Positions 9,374 to 18,947 of a stretch of 64,000 nt of DNA are shown one piece after another. Position 1 is the stretch's first letter; each line of letters opens with the position of its first letter. The notes beneath the pieces were generated by a model. That model made no database searches, was not told the origin of the DNA, and worked only from the letters and a program-made list of their open reading frames with translations. The stretch is from Alphaproteobacteria bacterium. GTDB lineage: Bacteria > Pseudomonadota > Alphaproteobacteria > GCA-2731375. Both the position numbers and the translations under genes were made by a program. The DNA is taken from positions 5,832-69,831 of the forward strand of contig JAPYPT010000001.1 of the NCBI GenBank assembly GCA_029937535.1. The letters run 5' to 3'.

Positions 9374-10213
9374 ATGCCTCTGGTTTCAATTCTCATGGCC
9401 GCCTACCGCGCCGATGACACTATTCCGGCGGCGGTGGCCAGCGTTCTCGGCCAAACCCACGTAAACTGGGAACTGCTGATCGCTTCCGATTGCGGCGCTG
9501 ATTATCTCGCTGTCTGCCGCGCGGGCGGCCTGCAAGATGGGCGCCTTCGCATGGTGGCGACGCCGTCCTTGGGATCGGGTCCGTCCGCCGCCCGCAATGC
9601 CGCCCTTGATGCGGCGAAGGGCGATTTTGTCACGGTCCTGGACGGCGATGATACCTGGCGGCCGGAGCGCCTGGCCGCCTTGCTGCCCCTGGCAACAGCT
9701 GCCGGACTGGCCTGCGACAATACCCGTGCGGTGGCGCCTGACGGCAGTCCGGTCGGAACCGCCTATCCGATTGACACATCGCCACGGGATATCGATGCCA
9801 TCACGATGATGGCCAGTGGCATGCCGCATTTTCCACTGTTCCGCCGGGACCTCGCGGGACCGGGCTACCGGCCGGAACTGCGCTTCGCCGAGGATGTGGT
9901 GTTCAACATGGAACTGATCGCCCGCGCCGGCGCCATGACGCTGCTGCCCCAACCCATGACCCACTATATCCAACGGCCCAACAGCGCCACGAATGCCGCG
10001 GACGCCTGGCGGCGGGCCGAAACCGCATATGCTCAGATCGACGACATGTTGCGGCAGGGCGCGGTAACAATACCCGCCGGCCAAGGGGCCGCCATTATCA
10101 ACGCCTTCGCGGAAAAACGTCGGCTGAATCTAGCCTATGGCGAGGCGGTGTTGGCTGGCGCGGCCACCACATTCCAGGCTTTTCTGGCGGCGCGGCAAAA
10201 GGACGCGGTTTAA
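9374..10213 (+). CDS. glycosyltransferase family 2 protein
   Basis: N-terminal 'VSILMAAYRADDTIPAAVASVLGQTHVNWELLIASDCGAD' and 'DGDDTW' (DxD) motifs are typical of GT2. Confidence 0.6.
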   Translation: MPLVSILMAAYRADDTIPAAVASVLGQTHVNWELLIASDCGADYLAVCRAGGLQDGRLRMVATPSLGSGPSAARNAALDAAKGDFVTVLDGDDTWRPERLAALLPLATAAGLACDNTRAVAPDGSPVGTAYPIDTSPRDIDAITMMASGMPHFPLFRRDLAGPGYRPELRFAEDVVFNMELIARAGAMTLLPQPMTHYIQRPNSATNAADAWRRAETAYAQIDDMLRQGAVTIPAGQGAAIINAFAEKRRLNLAYGEAVLAGAATTFQAFLAARQKDAV

Positions 10214-10386
10214 TCGTATGAAAAGCGCCATTAGGCCTTGGCAAAGTCCCAAATTTGGTGGAAGAATGGCGCCCGGTCGGTTTTACAGGCCGAGCAAACA
10301 TTTCTGCGAGCGCGCCCGTCCGACAGTGTTGCCCAGTCAAGCGGCGGCGGGAGCAATCGATTTTCATCCTAGGGAGGACAGTTGCA

Positions 10387-11715
10387 ATGAAGATATTGAG
10401 AAAGTCAGGCAGAGCGACGCTGCTGGCGACGGGACTAGCCGCCGCCCTCGGCGCGACGGCGGGCCTCGCCAATGCGGCCGAGACCGTGGTCATGGCGGTG
10501 CCGACATTTTTGACCGGCGCCGGTGCACCGGCCTTTGGCGTGCCGGCCCGCAATGGCGCCGAGATCATCATCGAGGCGATCAACAAGGGCAAACTGCCAG
10601 CACCGTATAATAACAGCGGCAAGGGCCTGGCCGGTCGTCAGATCCAGGCCTTGATCTACGACGAGTCCGGCGGCGGCGTTAAGCAAGTCGCCGAATTCCG
10701 CAACAAGGTTCAGAAACAGGGCGTGGACCTGTTCGTCGGCTATATTTCTTCCGGTACCTGCGCCGCCATCACCCCGGTGGCCGAGGAACTGAAGATGCTG
10801 ACGATCTTCCCGATTTGCGGCACACCGCGAATTTTTGAAGAGATCGACAAGAATCCAAAGTACGTCTTCCGCACCATGGGCCACGCGACGGCTGATGGCG
10901 TCGCCGAAGCGATGTACGTCAAGGCGAACATGCCCGACGTCAAGGGCTACACCGGGATTAACCAGAACTATGCCTGGGGTCAGGATTCCTGGCGCGATTT
11001 CGATCTGGCCATGAAACAGTTGATGCCGAACGTGCCGGTCTCCGAGAAGACCCAATGGCCAAAAATCTTCTCCGGCCAATACGGCGCGGAAATCTCGGCC
11101 CTGATGCTTTCGAAAGAGCCGCTGGTGCATTCCAGCTTGTGGGGCGGCGATCTGGAAGCCTTCATTTTCCAGGGTTCGGCGCGCGGTCTGTTCCGCAAGA
11201 AGAAGCTGCTGTTCTCGGTTGCCGATACTTCTGTCTACCGGCTTGGTAAAAAAGCCCCGGCCGGCGCCATTCTCGGCGCCCGTGGCCCCTACGGCATCTT
11301 TGCCGCCAATGTGGACACGCCGTTGAACAAATGGTTCCGCAAGGTCTATAGCGACCGCTACTCGACACCCCCCGTGGGTGGCTCGTATCAAGCCGCCCAG
11401 GGCGTTCTGGCGGCGAAGTATGCCTATGACAAGGCTGCCTCCATGAATGGCGGCAAGTTCCCTTCCAAGGATCAGGTCATAGCGGCGCTGGAGGGGGCGA
11501 CCTTTCAGGGCATCGCCGCAAAAGTCCACATGAACCGCTCGAACGGCCATCAGGCCGCCACCAAGCACATGATCGGCGTGCTGGCGTGGGACAAGGAAGC
11601 GGGCGGACCCATCATGACGAAGGTCCAGGAATTCGGACCTGACTGTGTCATGCCCCCCCCGGGCGTCAATGGCACGGAATGGCTGAAGGGCGGCATGAAG
11701 GGCGCCAAGTGCTAG
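10387..11715 (+). CDS. ABC transporter substrate-binding protein, Liv/branched-chain-amino-acid (Peripla_BP_6) type
   Basis: ATG at 10387 preceded by AGGGAGGA. Signal peptide MKILRKSGRATLLATGLAAALGATAGLANA. The longer ORF-track start at 10255 lacks an RBS. Confidence 0.7.
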   Translation: MKILRKSGRATLLATGLAAALGATAGLANAAETVVMAVPTFLTGAGAPAFGVPARNGAEIIIEAINKGKLPAPYNNSGKGLAGRQIQALIYDESGGGVKQVAEFRNKVQKQGVDLFVGYISSGTCAAITPVAEELKMLTIFPICGTPRIFEEIDKNPKYVFRTMGHATADGVAEAMYVKANMPDVKGYTGINQNYAWGQDSWRDFDLAMKQLMPNVPVSEKTQWPKIFSGQYGAEISALMLSKEPLVHSSLWGGDLEAFIFQGSARGLFRKKKLLFSVADTSVYRLGKKAPAGAILGARGPYGIFAANVDTPLNKWFRKVYSDRYSTPPVGGSYQAAQGVLAAKYAYDKAASMNGGKFPSKDQVIAALEGATFQGIAAKVHMNRSNGHQAATKHMIGVLAWDKEAGGPIMTKVQEFGPDCVMPPPGVNGTEWLKGGMKGAKC

Positions 11716-11726
11716 CATCTTACCAA

Positions 11727-11770
11727 CCGGGGGCGCCCTATCAGGCGCCCCCGGATCTTATTTGTTTATG
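11727..11770 (+). terminator. intrinsic terminator/attenuator after the substrate-binding-protein gene
   Basis: CCGGGGGCGCCC-tatca-GGGCGCCCCCGG hairpin followed by a T-rich tract (atcttatttgttt), between the SBP and permease genes. Confidence 0.45.
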
Positions 11771-11795
11771 ATATTTCCAAAATAGCGAGCCTACT

Positions 11796-12692
11796 GTGCA
11801 AGAACTGATCGTCATCCTGATCGACGGTTTGGTTTTTTCATCCTACCTGTTCATGGTCTCCGTTGGGTTGACCGTGATCTTTGGCGTGATGAAAATATTG
11901 AATGTTGCTCATGGATCATTTTACGCCTTTGGCGCCTATATGTCGGCAACCCTAATCGGTGCCTATTACAATACCGATTTGCCGGAATTTGGCGGCTTCC
12001 TGGCCATTTTCTTGGCGGCACTGATCATCGGCGTGTTCTTCGGTATCGTCCTTGAGCGGGGTCTGCTGCGTTTCCTGTATCATCGGGACGAGCATATTAT
12101 CGTACTGGCGACGTTCGCCATGTTCCTGGTGCTAGAAGATGTCCTGATGATGATCTGGGGCACCGATCCCTATTACGCCTATGAGCCCATGGCGCTGCTG
12201 GGGGCCGTGGATATCGTGGAACTGACCTTTGACGTCTACAGCCTTACCTTGATCGGTCTGGCAGTCATCGTCGGCCTGGGATTGTGGCTTGGCCTGACCA
12301 GGACCAAATGGGGCAAGTTGCTGCTGGCGGTTATTTTTGACCGGGAGATCAGCCAGGCCATGGGCATAAACGTGACCGTCGTCTTCACGGTGACATTCGT
12401 TGTCGGCGCCATAATGGGGGCCTTGGGCGGGGCCTATATCGCACCCACCATCTCCGTGTCACCCGGCATCGGGGTAGAGGTCATCGTATTATCCTTCGCT
12501 GTCGTAGTGATCGGCGGCATGGGCTCCATTCCCGGTGCCATGATCGGCGCCTTGCTGGTTGGCATCAGCCGGGCCGCGGCCGTGCATAAATTCCCAGAGA
12601 TTGAATTATTCGTGATCTACGCCATCATGGCCCTCGTTCTGGCAATCCGGCCAGAAGGCCTGTTCGCGCCCGCGCAAGCCAGGAAAATCTGA
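11796..12692 (+). CDS. branched-chain amino acid ABC transporter permease (LivH-like)
   Basis: 298-aa polytopic membrane ORF with typical LivH family organisation. Confidence 0.75.
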   Translation: MQELIVILIDGLVFSSYLFMVSVGLTVIFGVMKILNVAHGSFYAFGAYMSATLIGAYYNTDLPEFGGFLAIFLAALIIGVFFGIVLERGLLRFLYHRDEHIIVLATFAMFLVLEDVLMMIWGTDPYYAYEPMALLGAVDIVELTFDVYSLTLIGLAVIVGLGLWLGLTRTKWGKLLLAVIFDREISQAMGINVTVVFTVTFVVGAIMGALGGAYIAPTISVSPGIGVEVIVLSFAVVVIGGMGSIPGAMIGALLVGISRAAAVHKFPEIELFVIYAIMALVLAIRPEGLFAPAQARKI

Positions 12693-13648
12693 TGCGGTAT
12701 ATAGACAAGACCGTCGTCGGCCTGACCATCGCCTTTCTGGTGTTATTTATCGCCGATTTTTTCATGGCGGAATGGGTGCGCTTCATCGGCCTGCAAAGCC
12801 TGGCCCGTGGCGCCGTCGCCTTGGGCCTTTTAGTGCTATGGCGCACCGGCCTGGTATCATTCGGGCATGCGCTGTACTTCGGCTTCGGCGCCTATGCCGC
12901 CGCCATGTTGACCTTGATCGGCTATCACGACGCCTTTCTATTGGTCTTCGCCGGCACCCTGGCAGCAGGCGTCCTGGCCTATCTGCTGGGCTTTTTGCTG
13001 CGCCGCTATAGGGCAATATTTTTTGCCCTGCTGAACATGGCCTTTTCCATGATCCTGTACGGCGTCATTGTAAAGACCGAAGAGCTGGGCAGCACCGATG
13101 GCTTCTCGGTCCTCACGCCGACATTCCTCGGCTACGCGCCCCAGGGCGAAGCCGTGCAGACGACATTGTTCATCTTCACCCTGGTCTTTACCTATATCAT
13201 CACCGTTGGTGTGCATTTGTACATGAAGACCACCCTGGGCGGCATGTCCATGGCGGTGCGGGAGAACGAGATCAGGGTCGAATATCTTGGCTATTCAGCC
13301 GAGAAGGTGATCCATGTAAAATACGTCTTCTCGGGTCTGGTCGCCGGTTTCGGCGGCGCCATAATGGCCCTTGCCATTGGCCAGGTTGACCCCGATTCCA
13401 TGGCCAACTGGACGGTTTCGGGCGAATTCGTCTTCATCACCATTCTTTCCGGCATTGGCAACGTGGGCGCGACCTATATCGGCGCTCTGGTGTTCGAGTT
13501 GATCCGCACCTATGCCTTTGAATATGCACCGCAGTTTTGGCAGTTTATATTGGGCGGCAGCCTGTTGGCGATCATCATGTTTCTGCCGGACGGCATCTGG
13601 TCCCTGTTCTCGCGCCTGCGCCGCTCGGAAAAGGCGCCCTCTCCATGA
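12692..13648 (+). CDS. branched-chain amino acid ABC transporter permease (LivM-like)
   Basis: 318-aa membrane ORF. Start overlaps the LivH-like stop (ATGA). Confidence 0.75.
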   Translation: MRYIDKTVVGLTIAFLVLFIADFFMAEWVRFIGLQSLARGAVALGLLVLWRTGLVSFGHALYFGFGAYAAAMLTLIGYHDAFLLVFAGTLAAGVLAYLLGFLLRRYRAIFFALLNMAFSMILYGVIVKTEELGSTDGFSVLTPTFLGYAPQGEAVQTTLFIFTLVFTYIITVGVHLYMKTTLGGMSMAVRENEIRVEYLGYSAEKVIHVKYVFSGLVAGFGGAIMALAIGQVDPDSMANWTVSGEFVFITILSGIGNVGATYIGALVFELIRTYAFEYAPQFWQFILGGSLLAIIMFLPDGIWSLFSRLRRSEKAPSP

Positions 13649-14475
13649 CGATTGTATTGGAGGTTCGCGACCTGCAGAAAACCTTTGGCGCCGTGGTCGC
13701 CGCCAAGGATATCAACGTCACCGTCAATGAACATGAAATCATCGGCATCATCGGCGCCAATGGGGCCGGCAAGACCACGTTCGTGAACATGGTCACCGGT
13801 TATTTAAAGCCGACATCGGGCCAAATAGAATTTGCCGGCCGCAGCATCATGGGGTTGCCGCCGCGGGATATTACCACGCTGGGCATTTCCCGGTCGTTTC
13901 AGATACCCCAGGTCTTCCTCTCCGAATCCGTGTTCGACAATCTTTTGATGGCCTATGCCATTACCGAGGCAACCGGGCTGGGCCTGCTCTCGCCCCTTCT
14001 GAACGATGCCCGCGCCGCCCGGGTGGACAGCCACCTGGAGCGCTATCAAATCGCGCAATACCGCAACGCTCTTGCCTCGACCCTGCCACAGGGCGTCCGC
14101 AAGCTGCTGGATATTGCCATGGCGGCGGTCAGCAAACCGACCATCCTGATGCTCGATGAGCCAACCTCCGGCATCTCGGTCGAAGAGAAATTCGGCCTGA
14201 TGGACATCATCATGGAGGCCCTGCGCCAGGACCAGACGACGGTGCTGTTCATCGAACATGATATGGAAATCGTCGAACGCTATGTTTCCCGCGTCCTGGC
14301 GTTTTACCAGGGCGAGATCATTTGCGACGCCCCAACGGCGGAGGCTCTGGTTGACCCGGGCGTCCGTGAATTCGTCATCGGCGAGGAATATCACCGTACC
14401 CGGACCGGCAGCGAGAATGCGGGCGAGAATGCGGGCGAGAATGCGGGCGAGAATGGGGGCGGCGAGGATGCTTAA
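13645..14475 (+). CDS. ABC transporter ATP-binding protein (LivG-like) with a C-terminal ENAG-repeat tail
   Basis: ATG at 13645 (MTIVLEVRDLQKTFG...), Walker A GANGAGKTT, LSGG-type signature. The C-terminus is ...GSENAGENAGENAGENGGGEDA. Confidence 0.75.
   Translation: MTIVLEVRDLQKTFGAVVAAKDINVTVNEHEIIGIIGANGAGKTTFVNMVTGYLKPTSGQIEFAGRSIMGLPPRDITTLGISRSFQIPQVFLSESVFDNLLMAYAITEATGLGLLSPLLNDARAARVDSHLERYQIAQYRNALASTLPQGVRKLLDIAMAAVSKPTILMLDEPTSGISVEEKFGLMDIIMEALRQDQTTVLFIEHDMEIVERYVSRVLAFYQGEIICDAPTAEALVDPGVREFVIGEEYHRTRTGSENAGENAGENAGENGGGEDA
14410..14460. repeat. in-frame tandem 12-nt repeat (gcgggcgagaat x3-4)
   Basis: Direct reading of 'gcgagaatgcgggcgagaatgcgggcgagaatgcgggcgagaatggggg'. It encodes (ENAG)n at the LivG-like C-terminus and overlaps the LivF-like start. 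Confidence 0.6.
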
Positions 14476-15112
14476 AGTCAGCGGACTGGACGTCAATATC
14501 GGCACCACGCCAATCTTGCGTAACCTGGCCTTGGAAGTACCGGCCGGCACCATGTGTGGACTGATCGGCCGTAACGGCGCCGGCAAGACGACCTTTCTGC
14601 GCGCCGTCATGGGCGCGTTAAAGGCACAAGCCGGCGAGGTCATGTTCGAACACCATGATTTGTTGAAAACCCAACCCCACAAACGCGCCCATATGGGTAT
14701 TGGCTTCATGCCGGAAGACCGCCGTCTGGTGCCGGCCCTCACGGCGGAGGAGAATATCTTGTTGCCGGTCTGGGCCACGGGCATGGAAGAATGGCGGGAC
14801 CGTCTGGATTGGATTTACGGCCTGATGCCGGAAGTGGCTGAATTCCGTAGCCGCGGCTCCATGGAATTGTCCGGTGGGCAGCAAAAATTCGTGGCCTTCG
14901 CCCGCGCTCTGATGGTCGGCACGCGCCTCTTGCTGCTGGACGAACCCAGCGAGGGCATCGCGCCGATTTTTGCCCAGCGCATGAGCGAAATCATGAAAAG
15001 CCTGAAGGACGAGGGTGAATCGGTGCTTGTCGCCGAGTCCAACGATATCCATATCGCCGGATTGCTGGACCGCGCATTCGTGATCGAACGCGGCAGCATC
15101 GTCGCGGGGTGA
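14468..15112 (+). CDS. ABC transporter ATP-binding protein (LivF-like)
   Basis: ATG at 14468 (MLKVSGLDVNIG...), Walker A GRNGAGKTT, LSGGQQ signature. The ORF-track start at 14258 is an out-of-frame read of the previous gene's 3' end. Confidence 0.75.
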   Translation: MLKVSGLDVNIGTTPILRNLALEVPAGTMCGLIGRNGAGKTTFLRAVMGALKAQAGEVMFEHHDLLKTQPHKRAHMGIGFMPEDRRLVPALTAEENILLPVWATGMEEWRDRLDWIYGLMPEVAEFRSRGSMELSGGQQKFVAFARALMVGTRLLLLDEPSEGIAPIFAQRMSEIMKSLKDEGESVLVAESNDIHIAGLLDRAFVIERGSIVAG

Positions 15113-16158
15113 GCCGAATGACCACGGCCGATCAGCCCGATTTGCCCGATTCAGTTGCCGACGCCGCCGCCCTGGAAGATTTGCTGTCGCGGCCCAGCCA
15201 GGCCTTGATCGACGATCTGGCCGCCTTGGACGGGGATTTCATCATATTGGGCGTGGGCGGCAAGGTTGGCCCCTGCCTCGCCCGCATGGCCAAGCGCGCG
15301 GCGCCCCATAAGCGCGTCGTCGGGGTAGCCCGGTTTTCCGATGCGGGTATTAAGCGCCGCCTCGAGGATTGGGGCATCGAAACCATTGTTTGTGATCTGT
15401 TGGATAGGCGGGCCGTCGCCGAACTGCCGAAACTGCCCAACGTCATCTATATGGCTGGCAAGAAGTTCGGCACCACCGGGGGGGAGCCTTTTACCTGGGC
15501 CATGAATGCTCATGTCCCGGCCCTGGTGGGCGAGGCTTTCGCACGGTCGCGGATCGTGGCATTTTCGACCCTGTGCGTATATCCCTTCACGGATGTAACG
15601 GGCCCCTTGTGCAACGAAGATACGCCCCCCGTTCCGATCGGCGAATATGCCAATTCCTGTGTCGCGCGGGAGCGTACATTTCAATATTTTTCTCAACGCC
15701 ACGGCACGCCGGGCCGCTTGATCCGCCTGAACTACGCCATCGATCTACGCTATGGCGTGCTTTTTGACATCGCCAACTGGGTCTACAACGGCCAGCCAAT
15801 CGATCTGCGCGCCGGGCATGCCAATGTCATTTGGCAAGGCGACGTGAATGCCCAGGTATTGCGGGCCCTGCATCATTGCGAAACCCCGTCCCGGCCCCTC
15901 AACGTGGGCGGCCCGGAACAGCTCAGCGTGCGGGCGCTGGCGCATGCGTTTGGGAAACGCTTTGGTCTCAAGCCAAAATTCGTGAACCGGGAAAGCGGCC
16001 GGGGCTGGCACAACGATACCTCGCTAGCCGCCAAGCTGTTCGGTTATCCGGAGGTACCCCTGTCACGCATGGTGGATTGGACAGTGGACTGGATTGAACG
16101 GGACCAACCGCACTATAATCTGCCCACCCATTACGAGGCCCGCGACGGCTCATTCTAG
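15109..16158 (+). CDS. NAD-dependent epimerase/dehydratase family protein (extended SDR)
   Basis: GVGGKVG Rossmann motif. Overlaps the LivF-like stop by 4 nt, so same operon. Confidence 0.55.
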   Translation: MSRMTTADQPDLPDSVADAAALEDLLSRPSQALIDDLAALDGDFIILGVGGKVGPCLARMAKRAAPHKRVVGVARFSDAGIKRRLEDWGIETIVCDLLDRRAVAELPKLPNVIYMAGKKFGTTGGEPFTWAMNAHVPALVGEAFARSRIVAFSTLCVYPFTDVTGPLCNEDTPPVPIGEYANSCVARERTFQYFSQRHGTPGRLIRLNYAIDLRYGVLFDIANWVYNGQPIDLRAGHANVIWQGDVNAQVLRALHHCETPSRPLNVGGPEQLSVRALAHAFGKRFGLKPKFVNRESGRGWHNDTSLAAKLFGYPEVPLSRMVDWTVDWIERDQPHYNLPTHYEARDGSF

Positions 16159-16177
16159 AACGTGCAGGAGACATGAC

Positions 16178-17137
16178 ATGAGCGTATTTGACACCCGGCC
16201 GATCGACGGCGTGATACCGGCCACCTTGCTGGCATTCGACACCGGGATGGAGATCGATGAAACGGCCTCGCGCCGTCATCTGCGCGATGTCGCCGCCACC
16301 GACGGATTGACCGCGATCACCGTCAATGGCCACGCCTCGGAGGTTCATGCCTGCACCTTCGACGAACAGCAACGCATTCTGGAATTCTGCCTGGAGGAGT
16401 TGGGCGACCGCCTGCCTCTGATCAACGGCATCTATGCGGACGGCAGCCTGGAGGCCGCGCGCCTGGCCCGAATGGCCGAGGCAAGCGGCGCCCAGGCGCT
16501 TTTGATCTTTCCGCCCAACAGCATGATCATGGGCGGGCAACTGCGCCCCGAAATGGCCATCACCCATTTCAAAACCATAGCGGACGCCACCGATCTGCCG
16601 CTGATTGCTTTCCAATACCCCCAGGTCAGCGGCCAGGGCTATCCATTCGAAACTTTGTTGCGGTTGATTGAGGCGGTGCCCTCGATCAAGGCCATCAAGG
16701 ACTGGTCGAACGACGCCATGCTGCATGAGAAGCATATCCGCAGCCTGCAATCGGGCGCCGGCGGGCGGCCGATCACCGTGCTCACCACCCATTCGTCCTG
16801 GCTGATGGCGTCGTTGAGCATGGGCGCCAATGGCCTGCTGTCCGGTGCGGGCAGTGTCATCCCGGAATTGCAGGTGGCCCTGTTCCAGGCCGTAAAAGCC
16901 GGTGATTTACCGGCTGCACAAGCCATAAATGACCGCATCTATCCCTTGTCCCAGGTTTTCTACACGCCGCCCTTCCTGGATATGCACAACCGCATGAAGG
17001 AATGTTTGGTGTTGCTGGGCCGCCAGGACCGGGCCGTGGTGCGGCCACCGCTGATGAAGCTGCCGGACGACGAAATCAAACGCCTGGGCCAGGCACTGGA
17101 TGCCGCGGGTTTGCTGAGCCGCGCGGCGGCGGCGTAA
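16178..17137 (+). CDS. dihydrodipicolinate synthase/N-acetylneuraminate lyase (DapA) family aldolase
   Basis: ATG at 16178 (MSVFDTRPIDGVIPATLLAF...). Class-I aldolase TIM-barrel family pattern. Last gene of the transporter operon. Confidence 0.6.
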   Translation: MSVFDTRPIDGVIPATLLAFDTGMEIDETASRRHLRDVAATDGLTAITVNGHASEVHACTFDEQQRILEFCLEELGDRLPLINGIYADGSLEAARLARMAEASGAQALLIFPPNSMIMGGQLRPEMAITHFKTIADATDLPLIAFQYPQVSGQGYPFETLLRLIEAVPSIKAIKDWSNDAMLHEKHIRSLQSGAGGRPITVLTTHSSWLMASLSMGANGLLSGAGSVIPELQVALFQAVKAGDLPAAQAINDRIYPLSQVFYTPPFLDMHNRMKECLVLLGRQDRAVVRPPLMKLPDDEIKRLGQALDAAGLLSRAAAA

Positions 17138-17145
17138 TAAACAAC

Positions 17146-17592
17146 CTATGCAGTGGCGATATATTGCCGCATGGCGGCGGCTTCGGTTTCAATTTCCTCT
17201 ATGCGGAATTTGACGACATCGCCAATTGAGATGATGCCCAACAACTGATTGTCCCGCATCACCGGCAAATGCCGGATCCGGCGCTCCGTCATGACCGCCA
17301 TGATGGTGTCGATATCATCCCCCGGCGCGCAGAAAACCACGTCCCGGGTCATCAATTCAGCCACGCCGGTCTCCAGACAGCGGGGGCCCATGTCGGCCAG
17401 GCCGCGGACGATATCCCGTTCCGAAAGCACCCCTCTGACAAAGCCATCCTCATCGCGCACCAGGATTGCGCCGATCCGGTTTTCACTCAGAATACTGGCC
17501 GCCAGGCCAATGGTTTCGTTGATCGTGACCGATATAACGTCATTACCCTTTAGGGCAAGAATTCGCTCTACATGCATACCAATCTCCAACAT
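17146..17592 (-). CDS. CBS-pair domain protein
   Basis: 148 aa with two CBS repeats (…VISVTINETIGLAASIL…, …TRDVVFCAPGDDIDTIMAVMTERRIRHLPV…). Confidence 0.65.
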   Translation of the reverse strand: MLEIGMHVERILALKGNDVISVTINETIGLAASILSENRIGAILVRDEDGFVRGVLSERDIVRGLADMGPRCLETGVAELMTRDVVFCAPGDDIDTIMAVMTERRIRHLPVMRDNQLLGIISIGDVVKFRIEEIETEAAAMRQYIATA

Positions 17593-17842
17593 CAGCTTTT
17601 CTTATGATAACTCGATACTTTACATAATACATAGTGCGGCAAATGCAAATTATGCGCAAGTATGTTCATATGCAACGATTTTTATGTATCAGGGGGCACA
17701 TGACGGGTACCGCGGCAAAAATAGAGAAAACGAACTATTAATCACTCCCCGCCATTATCAATCCTAGCCAAAGGTCCTATCGGGTCTTTTGAGGAGATGT
17801 CAGCCATGCCCCTGGCAGGGCCTTATTACGGAACACAGACCG

Positions 17843-18910
17843 ATGAGCATGAACAGCGAGCCGATCGTGATGGATTTGGAAGCACTTCCAGAGGGCCCGG
17901 CCCTTGATGAAGTGGACTTTAGTGACGACGACGACGCTGAAAGCCGGCGGGACCTATCACATAGTGAATATGATTCATTGGAAGAAGCCGTCATGCAGAC
18001 GGCGCGGGGGCGGACATTCTTGCGGGAACATGCCCGGCGCAACCGGGCCATAGCCTCGGACCTGGTTTTACGGGCGCTGGACGAGCAACGCTCCTATTTG
18101 CGGAGCCAGGAGATAAAGCAGCCAACTGATATTCTGGCGGCCGAGCTGCAAGACATGAGCGACGCCATAAAACATACACGGCGCGATATCGCGGCGATCA
18201 AGCCCGAGGATGGGGCAAACAATCGCATCATGGCGGCGACAGAGGATTTGGACGCCATCGTTACGGCAACGGAGCGGGCCACAAATGATATTCTGACGGC
18301 CGCGGAACGCATTCAGGAAACCTGTGAAACCCTGCGCGAAGATGGTTCGGCGGCCAACCTGCTGGATGCCTTGGAAGAGGACATCACGAACATCTTCCTG
18401 GCGTGCTCGTTCCAGGACATCACTGGCCAACGCACCACCAAGGTGGTCAACGCCCTGCACTATCTGGAGCAGCGGGTCGGCGCGATGATCCAGATTTGGG
18501 GTTCCGAATCCCTGCGCAATGGCGCCGAGAGCGATTTTGGCTCCGTCATGACGGATGAAGACCATCCCGAATCCGGTCTGTTGAATGGCCCGCAATTGGA
18601 AGGCCAGGGCGTGGACCAGGATGACATCGATCAACTTTTGAATGGCGACATCGAACAAGTTAAGGCCGAGGCGGACGTGGCTGTCGAATTCGCCGGTGAA
18701 GACGATCCAACGGATGGCATTGAATTCGATGCCGTGCCGGCGGCCGCGGACGAGACGGCGGATGAGGCGGCGGATGAAGAACCGCCCGCCGATGAGATGT
18801 TTGCCGCGGCCAGCGATGGAGGTGATCTGGAAATCGACGATGAGGACGTATTTGCCGGCCTGTCGGAAGAGGCCGACGCCGATACCATCGACGCCATATT
18901 CGACTCGTAA
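17843..18910 (+). CDS. cheZ: CheZ-like chemotaxis phosphatase with acidic C-terminal tail
   Basis: The block 'SFQDITGQRTTKVVNALHYLEQRV' carries the CheZ catalytic D…Q signature (E. coli 'DFQDLTGQ'). 'LLNGPQ' is also shared with CheZ. The C-terminus is strongly acidic. Start chosen at ATG 17843 (MSMNSEP...). Confidence 0.55.
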   Translation: MSMNSEPIVMDLEALPEGPALDEVDFSDDDDAESRRDLSHSEYDSLEEAVMQTARGRTFLREHARRNRAIASDLVLRALDEQRSYLRSQEIKQPTDILAAELQDMSDAIKHTRRDIAAIKPEDGANNRIMAATEDLDAIVTATERATNDILTAAERIQETCETLREDGSAANLLDALEEDITNIFLACSFQDITGQRTTKVVNALHYLEQRVGAMIQIWGSESLRNGAESDFGSVMTDEDHPESGLLNGPQLEGQGVDQDDIDQLLNGDIEQVKAEADVAVEFAGEDDPTDGIEFDAVPAAADETADEAADEEPPADEMFAAASDGGDLEIDDEDVFAGLSEEADADTIDAIFDS

Positions 18911-18925
18911 ACAAATACCCTAATC

Positions 18926-18940
18926 TGGCGGCCGGCCGCC
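18926..18940. terminator. short GC palindrome (ggcggccggccgcc) between the convergent cheZ-like and glutaredoxin-like genes
   Basis: Perfect 14-nt palindrome in the 37-bp convergent gap. Possible bidirectional terminator, but no clear U-tract. Confidence 0.2.
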
Positions 18941-18947
18941 TTGAACT

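Noticed and set aside
14258-14467. N-terminal 70 codons of the ORF-track entry 14258..15112 (ARMRARMRARM...)
   Set aside because: It is an out-of-frame read of the LivG-like C-terminal repeat. The true LivF-like start is the ATG at 14468 (MLKVSGLD...).
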